From: Diadema antillarum
Lineage: Eukaryota
NCBI RefSeq assembly: GCF_040938485.1
Contig: NW_027271791.1
Location: 62,001 to 126,000 of the forward strand
Reading direction: 5' to 3'
DNA: 64,000 nucleotides
Notes under the pieces: model-generated
Database searches by the model: none
What the model saw: the letters and a program-made list of their open reading frames with translations, nothing else
Told to the model about the DNA's origin: nothing
Shown here: positions 10,612 through 21,728 of the stretch, piece after piece
How the letters are laid out: each line of letters opens with the position of its first letter
Position numbering within the stretch: position 1 is the stretch's first letter
Program-made: the position numbers and the translations under genes

Positions 10612-13600
10612 GTGTATATATATGCACCTATGTACATGTATATCTTATGTTCAAAAGAATTGTATTTACATGTTTTGTTGGAGATGGGAAAAATGAATAA
10701 ATGAATTGTACATGTATGTGCATTGTGTAAATATCAATGCATGCTTGTCTGTGTGTGATATACAGTGTAGACATGTGTGTACTAATATATGGGAACATGT
10801 TCATTATCAGGGGTGGACCCTTGAATTCTGTAAAGGGGGGCACAACAGATATTTCTGGTACTACTTCGGGGTTTCATTTGATCTTTTTTTCTTTTCATTT
10901 CTTTTGTCTTATTCACATAAACAAAAAAATTTGGGGGTGTACGCCTGATACCCCCCCCCGCCCCCCCATGCACAAAATCTAGAAACATTGTGGACCTTGT
11001 TGTGTAGTGTATAAGTTTGTTTCCCGTTACATTTGAGCTTGTCTTTGTTATTCTTCCAGTATTATTGTAATATTATGTGCTTCACTTCATTCATTTGATA
11101 CATTGCACAAATATTTTGCCAGCGCGTCTTGAAGTGAATCATCCATCATCCCAGATTTGCTGTTTACATTAAATTGGTTTGTTTTCATGTCACATGCTGC
11201 ACAACATACAGTGTATTATATACACTGTATAGCTTTTGTCTCTTGCAATATTAGTTAATGTTTTTCAATGTATCCTTCCTGTAATTACACTTTTCAGGTC
11301 AGGAGATACTTGTACAATAGTGGTCAGGGTCGTGACATCTCCATCAAGGAGCTTGTGAGCCGCAGGAACAAGAATCGAAAGGAGAAGACGGAAATCATCG
11401 GAGCATCGTCACGGCAACAGAGCGCAAACACTGTCAGCCCTGTGAAGTCAGGTGAGATACATATAGGCACCTATGGTATATTGTTGATGACTGAGACAGC
11501 CTGCGTGCAATGTATGTCATTCGGAAATTGAGTAGATTATACAAGTAGGAGTCTTTTTTGTTGTTGTTAGAATTTGATAACTGAAATTAGTGTATGAACA
11601 ATTGTCTCAGAGAATGCATGCTGCATGATGCAATATGCAAAATGCCAATGTCCCATACTATATTTTTATGCCTCCGCCACGAAGTGGTGCCGGAGGCATT
11701 ATGTTTTCGGGTTGTCCGTCCGTCCGTCCTTCCGTCCGTCCTTCCGTCCGTCCGTAATGAATTTTGTGGACAGGGTAACTATCAAAACCTTTTGAGGTAT
11801 CCTAATGAAACTTGGCATGTATGTGTATTAGGGGGTGAAGTTGTGCCTATCAACTTTTGGGTGCACATGCTCAAGGTCAAAGGTCAAAAGGTCAAGGTCA
11901 AATGCTTAAAATTTCACTATTTCCCCCATATCTATACAATGCCTGAAGATATTTTCTTGAAACTTAGTGTATACATGTATTACCCAATTAAGATTCTCTG
12001 GTAAAAGTTTGGGGTCATGAGGTCAAAAGGTCAAAGGTCAAAAGGTCAAGTAAAATGTTAAAATTTCACTTTTTTCTCTCTATCTTGGAAATTGTTCAAG
12101 GTATCTTTATGGAACAAAGTATATATGCATGTACTGACTGGCAATGGTTATCTAGGGAATTTGGGGTTTGTGGGTCAAAGGTCAGGGGTCAAAGGTCAAG
12201 GGCAATACTTCAAAATTTTACTATTTTCCTTATATTTATGCAATGCCAGCACGATTATTTTCTTTTTAACTTGATGTATGCATGTATAACCCACTAGATA
12301 TTCTCTGGGATTTTTTTTTTATGCCAAGAAGGCCAAAGGTCAAAAGGTCAAAGATCAAGTGAAAGTGCTGAACTTACTCCTTTCTCCATATCTCGCAAGT
12401 GGCTCAAGTTATCTTTAAACTTAGTACATATTTATGTATGTTCTGCCTGACAGTGATTCTCTTATGAATCAAAGGCCAGATGAAAATGATAACAATTTAC
12501 TGTTCAATACAGAAATTGCACTTTTACTCCATACCTTGAAAATTACTCAAGTGTGTAAACTTATGAAAGGGTCAAAGTCGAAGTTAAAGTTCTTGAATCC
12601 CCAAATACATGCTCTCCTATTCATCCAATTAAACATAGGTCAAGGAAGGTGAACATTCGATACATTTGTGACAAACATGTCATTTTAATATTTTGCCAAT
12701 TTTGTGAAAATGTAATCACACATTGTCCACATGTACTATAGACCTATTAGGAGAATCATGCATTATGGCGGAGGCATACCAGTCGCCATAGCGACATTTC
12801 TAGTTCATTATTTTATTCAATTTCTTTTTAGATAAGTTTGTCAGATTGAAGAGAAGAAGCGTTTTTGCCATCATAATGTGTAATTTTCAGAAATGATGAA
12901 GAAATGCAGATGGTGAGCTAATGGCATATATCTGTTGACTCCTGGTATATTTCACGAGAAATCATCTTTTTTTTGGTCGATGTTACACTTTGTTATTCGA
13001 ATGGCATTAAGCAATGCATATCAGGCTTATTTGAATTGCTATTCTATCTCCTGATCTGTTATGTGTCTTTGTTGACATTCTATGAAGCATTTCAGAGTTT
13101 AGTGGATGTTTTGGTTTTTACCTCATGCATTTTTGACTTTCTATTCAGTGTTTCAAAGTTTTTTGTATGATTTTATATCTGGCATTGATGAATTTTGCAC
13201 ATTGCTCACATCCTTGTATGTGATTTTGTCTCTACCCTCAATGTATTTTGTTTATACTCCAGAATCATTCCACAATAATAAATTACCCTTACCATACATC
13301 AGTGACAAGTCAAGGAAATGTGCACTTAAAAAGAATTGTGAAATTCTCTTTATAATATTCTCATATCGTTCTACGCATGTGACATCATGCACTGTAGTAG
13401 TCTTCTCATCCAGCAGTGATTGCGCAAATACTTTAAAAATTCGTACTTTTGAACAGATTGTCCAAGTTTCCCCAAACTTTCACTGATGTGTTCTGCTAAT
13501 ATCGCTGCATTCACTCAATCCACAAGTAGATGAAGGTTTAAGAGTTGATTGTGTGATTATATAAATTCTCTGACACCAGCCACATTCCGCAAGGTGTGCT

Positions 13601-16600
13601 GGGACCTGGACAAGAGGGGAGCAGTCAGTGAGACCATCCTTCATCTATGCTTCCTCAATGCCACCGACCTCCACAACGAGCTGGCCAAGAGGCTCATCAT
13701 TGCCTGGCCAAACCTTGTCAACGACGTGTTTCACACTGACATGTATTACGGTGAGTTCGCCAAACCCCAATGAACCTCCACTTGAACTACAATTCTGCCA
13801 CCATTTCTTGCTCATCTTAAAGTCTTGGAGCATCAACAAGTTTACAAAAATACACACAAAACATTGTATTCTTCTTTATTTTTTTCTGTGGTTGTCCAGA
13901 CCAAAAGTTGTTTTGTGATTCACAGAGACTCTGACAAAAAGAAGTGTGTATACTGGTACATTGTATGTTGGCAGGCAGGGCTTGATCTGCAGACACTACT
14001 TGCTTTGCTAAAGTGAAATATTGTCACCAAGAGACAAATTATGTATCTGTTGTATACTTGGTCTTCATCCCATATTGGTTTTTTTTTTCTTCTCTCACTC
14101 TCTGAGGTTGTTTGTACAGTAGCAGTGACATAGGCCTATAGAAGGTGACCAATATACTGCAGCCAGGTTTTTAACTGTAGATCACAGCAACGGCTACTCA
14201 ATAATTGCATGAGAAGTGATCACACATTGATTTCAGTGCCCAAATGGAATATGTACCAGTAACAAACCAAATCATCAAAGGCTTGATCATCACATGTGCA
14301 CAGGTGAGAGCTGTCTGCACTTTGCCATCGTCAACGAGGACTTCGCCATGGTGAAGTTTCTGGTGGAGCACGGGGCGTACCTTGACGAGAGGGCGTGTGG
14401 GAGCTTCTTCCTCCCCGACGACCAGAAGACGTGCAGGCAGGACACATTTGAACATGAGGCCATCCTGGTGGATCCTAAAACAGACTACCAAGGGTGAGAA
14501 AAATTCCTGATAAAATTCTCTTTATCCTCTTTCTTTTGGTCTTCATCTTCTCCTCCTCCTCTTCAACCAATTCTTCCTTTCATCCCCCTTCTTCATCACC
14601 CTGTATTTGTTCTTCTCTAAAGTGCAACTACAGATAGGCAAACGAAAGGATTGCCATTCAATTAATCAATATATAACAGTGCTCATTAATTGTTTGAGAT
14701 CTGTTGGAGACATATCAAGTGACAAAGATATACTGCCATTGCGAATGCTTCCCTGTACCATTTTGATTTCAGTGAAATGGTATACCACATACTGAAATAT
14801 ATTCATATACCTTCACAACAACTTATGACTAACTCAGGCAATCAATTATCTATTTACATGTATCTGATATAAATGTGTTGATTTGAAGGGCTTATCTCGA
14901 GGTGCATACAGTAATAAAGATGCATTAAAATATGTGAATACATTAGGAAACCAGCCTATTGTCCACTTTTTGTTGCCATGGTAATGTTTCTGCAGACACA
15001 CCTACTTTGGGGAATACCCTCTGAGCTTTGCTGCGTGCCTGGAGCAGGAGGACATACTGCGCTTTCTGTGGAGCAAGGGTGCAGACGTTAATGCCCAGGA
15101 TGCCAACGGGAACACTGCCCTACACATGGCTGTCCTCCACAACAAGAAGGTGAGCCTGGTGGTGGTCCCACCCAGTCCTTAGAACTTGTGTCAACCTTAA
15201 CCCTCATCCCCCAAAACAAGGAAGTAAAAGAAAACAAAAGCAGTAGTAACTGTATGAAGTGCAGGAATAGAGAAAATTATGATGGTACTGATGATTAAAT
15301 GTACAATCTAATTTATGAAAATGACAGCTCATCCATCTTCATCATGGGTCTGGAGCTGATTGGTTGTCACTCCTTTGGTGACAGTTCCTGTATAACTCTT
15401 ATAGTTTTTAGTCTTTAATTTAGTTAAGCACTAATCCACATCAATACATGTGCTCCTCAAGACTTCATTTGTAATAGAGTACCTTCTTGGCTTATAACTA
15501 GTGGCATTTGATAAAGACCATTACTCTTTAACTTCTCCACCCTTATCATTACACAATTGATGTGGTACATCACTCCTGAGAATTCACAGCTATGTGTGAC
15601 ATTGCACATCTTGACTCCAATAATCGGGTGTATTTGGTTCACTACATCCATATAGAATTCAATAGTTTCAGTTGGTGGGGGGTTACCGGTACATCCAAAC
15701 TTGGCATTCCTACACTGGAATTTTCAGATTTGTGTCTGTTTGTTTATTTGTTTGTTTTTCATGTGCAATATTTTCCTCACCTTCAAGCATATTCTACCCA
15801 TCGCTGTGGGATGGCTGCGATCTGCTGTAGTGTCCTTCTATTCCATCAACCCTAGACTTTGTCCATATTTCCCTTTACTCTCATCAAGTCTTCCTTCATG
15901 CTTTTTTTAACCACCATCTCCTCAGTCTCACATAACTCCATTCCTTTTTTTTTTAAATTTCTGTGACCTCCATTTTCACTGCCTGGGTGTACAATCATTC
16001 TATATGCAATTTCACTTCAAATTTGATGTTAACATCGGGCATGGTTTACATCTTGAATTGAATCGAATCGAATTGAACAGGCTGAATTGCACAAGTTTAC
16101 AATCATGATTATGAAAACAGATTATTTCAGTGCTCTGTACAAACAATGATATAAGACATGATATTAAAAAAAAAACCCATTAAACATCTTGTTTCTGGTT
16201 TCCCAGGCCATGTTCACCCAGTGCTTCGAGCTGGGTTCCAGCTGCAGCATCACCAACGCCCAGGGCTACACCCCACTCTCCCTGGCGGCCGAGATCGCCA
16301 ATGAGGAGCTCTTCGACTACATCATCTATCTTGAGCGCCAGGTGTCGTGGAAGTTTGGAGATGTGACGTGTGCCCTCTACCCTCTCTACAACCTAGACAG
16401 CATCGGAGTGGACGGGAGCGTTAACGAAAAGTCTGCCCTCTTCACAATTGTCAACCAGGTAAAAACTGCAAGCTCACTTGAATAAGTCATTTTCCTCAGT
16501 TGTATACAGTACAGTAATCTCTTTGAAGTCAGTCTGTCTATGGATCACATCGTATTGCACAGACACACACAAACAGGCATACACCTAGACAGGTTCAGAG

Positions 16601-19600
16601 GTACATACACACATACACACACAAATGAATACTAATAGTTAAAACAGGAGTGAAGATATTGTTGAAAATAAATGTAATTATTTTCATTATGTGTTGCAGT
16701 TTTATGATTTTACAAAACTAAACACCAAAGATGATGAAATTGAGATGAGTATGATAAGCATGTGATTTTCTGTTTTAAAGTGCAATGTTCTCATCGCTAA
16801 AAGAGAATAATCCCTTACTATGAGATCATACAGTTTGTAGGCTCTTTATGTTGTGACATGTTCCAATTTGTAGTAAGCCCATCAGTTAGATGTGGAGGAA
16901 TTTATCCTGCCAACATCGTTTTCATGTGGTTTCGGCAATGTAAGTTTGTACAATGCTACACCACATGTGCCTTGCATGCTGGTGACCCATGCACACATTA
17001 GCGAGCTTTACAGCTGCGACGCGAATGTTAAGATGACGGTTGTGTCAACTGTTCTCTGTCCCTGCATTGTGTTGCAAAGTAGCTTTAGATTTTGCTAAGA
17101 TGCTGCCTATACACAGTAAAGTAGCGCCCATACATGTTGTTCATCATAATGACATCAAATAGCTGTGTGCATTGTGAATTTGAGGGGACGCTAAAATGGC
17201 CCAGAACTGTCATGAAAACCTTCGACGACGCGAGATCGAGTTTGATAAGCAGTCCTGCGCTGGCAAAGAACAGGTTGGGTTTTTCTTTTTTGCCTCTTAA
17301 CGTCCGCATCACAGACCTAAAGTTCCTTATTTGTAACCCAGTATTCTTCATCCTCTGCCCTATCCTCCCAGTCTGACTTGGAACACCTGTGTCTGATGAA
17401 GGGCCTCATGAGTAAGATGCTGCACGAGAAGTGGAAGACGTTTGGCCGCTTCCAGTTCTACCTCCGCATGAGCCTCTTCATCTTCTACCTGGTTCTCCTC
17501 ACCACGGCTTTCTACCTGAGACCAGGAAATGTGAGTCTTCCACTGATGCTGAAGAGTTAAGAACCCCCCCCCAAAAAAAAAAAAAAATGATAATAATGAA
17601 TAAACAAACAAACAAATAAGATGTCTTGTGACCACTTCACAAATTTTTGATGCATATTGTTCAGCTGTTTCTGATAATAATAATACATGCATACAATTTC
17701 TATAGCGCCATCTTCCATTTCTGATTAAATGCTCAAGGTGCTTTACACCAAAGCGAAAAGACTGAAAATACATATACCATGAAAGAATCTGATGAATTTA
17801 TCAGTAATTTTTTCTTTTTTTTTCTATCAAATTTGAGACTCAAGTATTTTGATACCATGTTGAATAGTTAACACTCTCTTTGCTTTTAGATATTCTTCAG
17901 ATGTGATTGAATATGAGACAGTTAATTCTCTTTATTTTTTTATTTTTATGGCATACACCTTGATAGTATGCCATTGCATGCCATTAATATTTTTCGTTTT
18001 ATGATTTCTTCTTTACTTTGTGTTTAATTAATTCTTTGTATCAACAAAGCTCTGTCAATATTGATATTTCCCACCCCTTTTCAGGACAAGAACCCCACGA
18101 TTGTGAACGAGACAGATGAATTTGGGAACGTCACGCAGCGGGTGGAGAGAGATCCATGTTACCTCCTGAAGTCAGACACTGTGCGAGACGTGGTAAGGAG
18201 AATGATCACTGATATGGAATTAGGACCAATATGTGTAATTATCTGTTGCCCATATTTTGTCTGTTTGTCTGAGTTTGCAGAAAATGCAAACTATTTCTCT
18301 CTTGTGTGAAAAGAAAAAAATCTACCGTATTTCAAATGTGTGAACAAGACTTTTGGGGTTATTACTTTTGCCAAGGAGGTTATGTTTTTGAAAGAAAGAT
18401 ATTATTCAGAAGGGTGAAGGTTCAGGTTGGAGTTTCTTCAATTTGTCTCCCTCTACAAAATAAATTTGTTAAGATCGCAACTGCTGATCTGTAAATTAAC
18501 AAACATGTCGGAAAAAAGGAATCAGTGGGACTCGAACCTGTCATCTACTGCTTTCCGGGCAGCGACACTACCACCAGGCTGTCCCTGGTTGCTGGCAGTG
18601 ACACGATGAACATGGAAAAAATACCCAAAATTACACTTTTTGATAGTTTTGTGAGAGTTTGATTCAAGGCAAATGATCATGAAATGGTTTTTCACTTATG
18701 TTGATAATATCATGGTTATAGGTAATTCTTTCACTTATTCCTCTCTCCCTCTGCTCATGTATTCACAGTGCCGTCTCACGTTTGAATGCCTGACTCTGCT
18801 GGGGGCCATTTTGTTTGTGTTCTTTGCTTTCAAGGAACTCCACCATCTCAGGAAACTCTACTGGAATGTCCTGGTAAGAAGTCCATTCTGTTTTGATAAA
18901 AGAATTCAAATTGATTGGACCTAATTATGAACACTGCTGGACACATAGTTTATGTGCTGGACACATAGTTTATGATTATATGCTATTCTATAAATAGTAT
19001 AAGTCTTTTGATGAGACTTGTGCATGTGTAATGTGGGAGGAGGGAATATGATACTGCACACACAGTATATTTTGTGGTGTGTAGATTTTCATAAACTCTG
19101 CAAATAGACTGGTATTTGCACATTTAACAAGTTGTGAGAACATTGTGCCATGTATTAACCAAAGCGCATCTTATTTAGTCCCCAAGGTGGGAAACTGATA
19201 ACTTTTCTCATGAAAAGGGATCATAGTTTTGTTTTCTCATTACATAATGTTCCAGATCTCAAATTAACCACTTGCAAAATCATCTTGCACATCCTAATTC
19301 GTAAAATATACTCATGAAACATATGGCATGTACAATAGCTCCCCCCCCCCCCCCACACACACACTTTTTTAGCCCAGAAGTGGCACCAGAAAAATGTAAT
19401 GAAGCTTTTTTTTCTTCTCTTTTTTGCTTTAAAGCCATCTAACCCCGGAAGTTGCACCAGAAAATCGCCAGTAAAGACTTTTTTTTTTTGCTTGTTAGCT
19501 GATGAAACCCAGAAGTGGCACTGGAAAATTGCATTGAAATGGCACCAGAAATATGAACTGCCCCCCCCCCACTTTTGAAAATACGCGCCAGCCTTGCATC

Positions 19601-21695
19601 ATATTGGTGGTTGAAATGCTACGTATTGTGTTATCCTTCCACAGCGCAATGCACCAGCCAAGGCCATGTTCCTACTCTCCTGTTTCTTTGTGATACTGGC
19701 AAGCTTTGGTAGGATTCCTCCCTGTAATCCGTACTACGAGGACGTCATGATCATCTTGTGTGTCCTGACCGCTTGTCCCTTCTTTCTCTTCTTTCTCAGG
19801 TATGTAGAAAACAGCACTTAAAGAAAAATTCTAGTCCGGCTGTAAGTTATTCTGATAAGAAGGAATAAAATTTTACAAGTACAACAGTGAAAACTTGATC
19901 AAAATAGAATGAAAAATCAGAAGTTTTTCCTGAAAAATTAGCAAAGCCTCAAAATGTCATAACTTCCTTATTTTTGTCCCCGCCGAACGAGTTCGAGCAG
20001 GGGACTATGAAACGGGCTCCGTACGTGTGTGTGTCCGTGCGTCCGTCCGTGCGTCCGTCCGTGTGTGCGTCCGTGTGTGATCAAAATGTTCAATTTGCTA
20101 CTTCTCTGTCATTTATTAGCCAATTTTTATTCTGTTTGCTTTATATGATAGCACTACATGGGAGCTTTAAAACTTCTACACAGAATTTCAGTTGTGACCT
20201 TTGACCTTGACCTTTGACCTATATTGTACATTTTGCTACAAAATGCTACTCCTTCGCCATTTCTAACCCGATTTCGATTCCGTTTGCTTTATGTGATGGC
20301 ACTAGGTGAGGGCTTCAAAATTTCTACACAGAATTTTGACATTTGACTTCTTTGACCTTTGACCTTGATTTTTGACCTATATTGTACATTTTGCTACAAA
20401 ATGCTACTCCTTCGCCATTTCTAACCCGATATCGATTCCGTTTGCTTTATATGAGGGCACTAGTTGAGGGCTTCAAAACTTCTACACAGAATTTTGACCT
20501 TTGACTTCTTTGACCTTTGACCTTGATTTTTGACCTATATTGTGCATTTTGCTACAAAATGCTACTCCTTCGCCATTTCTAACCCGATTTCAATTCTGTT
20601 TGCTTTATGTGATAGCACTAGGTGAGGGCTTCACAACTTCTACACAGAATTTTGACCTTTGTCTTTGACCTTTGACCTTGATTTTTGACCTATATTGTAC
20701 ATTGGCTCAAAATGCTACTCCTTCGCCATTTCTAACCCAATTTCGATTCCATTTGCTTCATGTGATGGCACTAGGTGAGGGCTTCAAAACTTCTTCACAG
20801 AATTTTGACCTTTGACTTCTTTGACCTTTGACCTTGATTTTTTACCTATATTGCACATTTTGTTACAAAATGCTACTTCCGGCGGGGACATATATTACGC
20901 ACCGCGTAATTTCTACTTTTCCTTGTTCATCTAATTTTGATTATATTCTCATTGTTGTTCTAAGAAAATTTTATTCCTTCTTTTCAGACTAACTTCCAAC
21001 TGCACAGGAATTCCCTTGTAATACCCATCATTTATTTTGTCAAGACATGCCATTTCCAACTGAAAAAGCTTTAATTTTATATGATATAATTTCTGCTCAC
21101 GAGAGCTCTCCAGGGGTTTTCACACCAGACTATCCCTTCACAGATTTTCCGTCTATGTTAATTTCAGTTTTGATCATTGATTCTCACTTGCCAAAATTAC
21201 TTACTATAATTTTATGCCATTTGCCATGAAGGGTTTTGAATCTTATGTAATACAGTGTACTGTTTCAGAAACTCCCTGTGTTGACTGTGTCACTTTCACG
21301 GAGATCAGAAATTAATAAGGAGAAAGATAAATCCATTGTAAATGACAGAACAAGTTATTGAATATATAAATGCATGCAAATGCAGGATGCTAATGACCAT
21401 ATTCGTGTGATCATCCAACCCTTAGGGTATATGCCCTGGTAGGACCATTCATCTTCATGATCTACAAGATGATCCAGGGAGATCTACTCAAGTTCCTACT
21501 GCTTTATCTCATCTTCTTCATTGGCTTCTCACAAGGTAAGTGGAAGCTGTTTGCAAAGAGTTGTAGTGGCCAGAGTTTGTTCAGTGCAAAGGTTCTCCAT
21601 TGATATCAGTCTTCTTTTAAAACAGCAAAGTACATCCTGTGATCCCCACAAGGCACCCTACCACTTTGTAAAGCATCCACAAGATATGATGATGG

Positions 21696-21728
<33 letters not shown>

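Noticed and set aside
10808-10975. Possible hAT-type MITE starting CAGGGGTGGACCC with poly-G/poly-C tracts (similar relic at about 19340-19600)
   Set aside because: No convincing second terminus or TSD, so it was not called as a feature.
19971-20920. Regularly spaced repeats as a CRISPR-like array
   Set aside because: Units are ~158-bp near-identical tandem repeats without unique spacers, inside a eukaryotic transposon; no cas genes.
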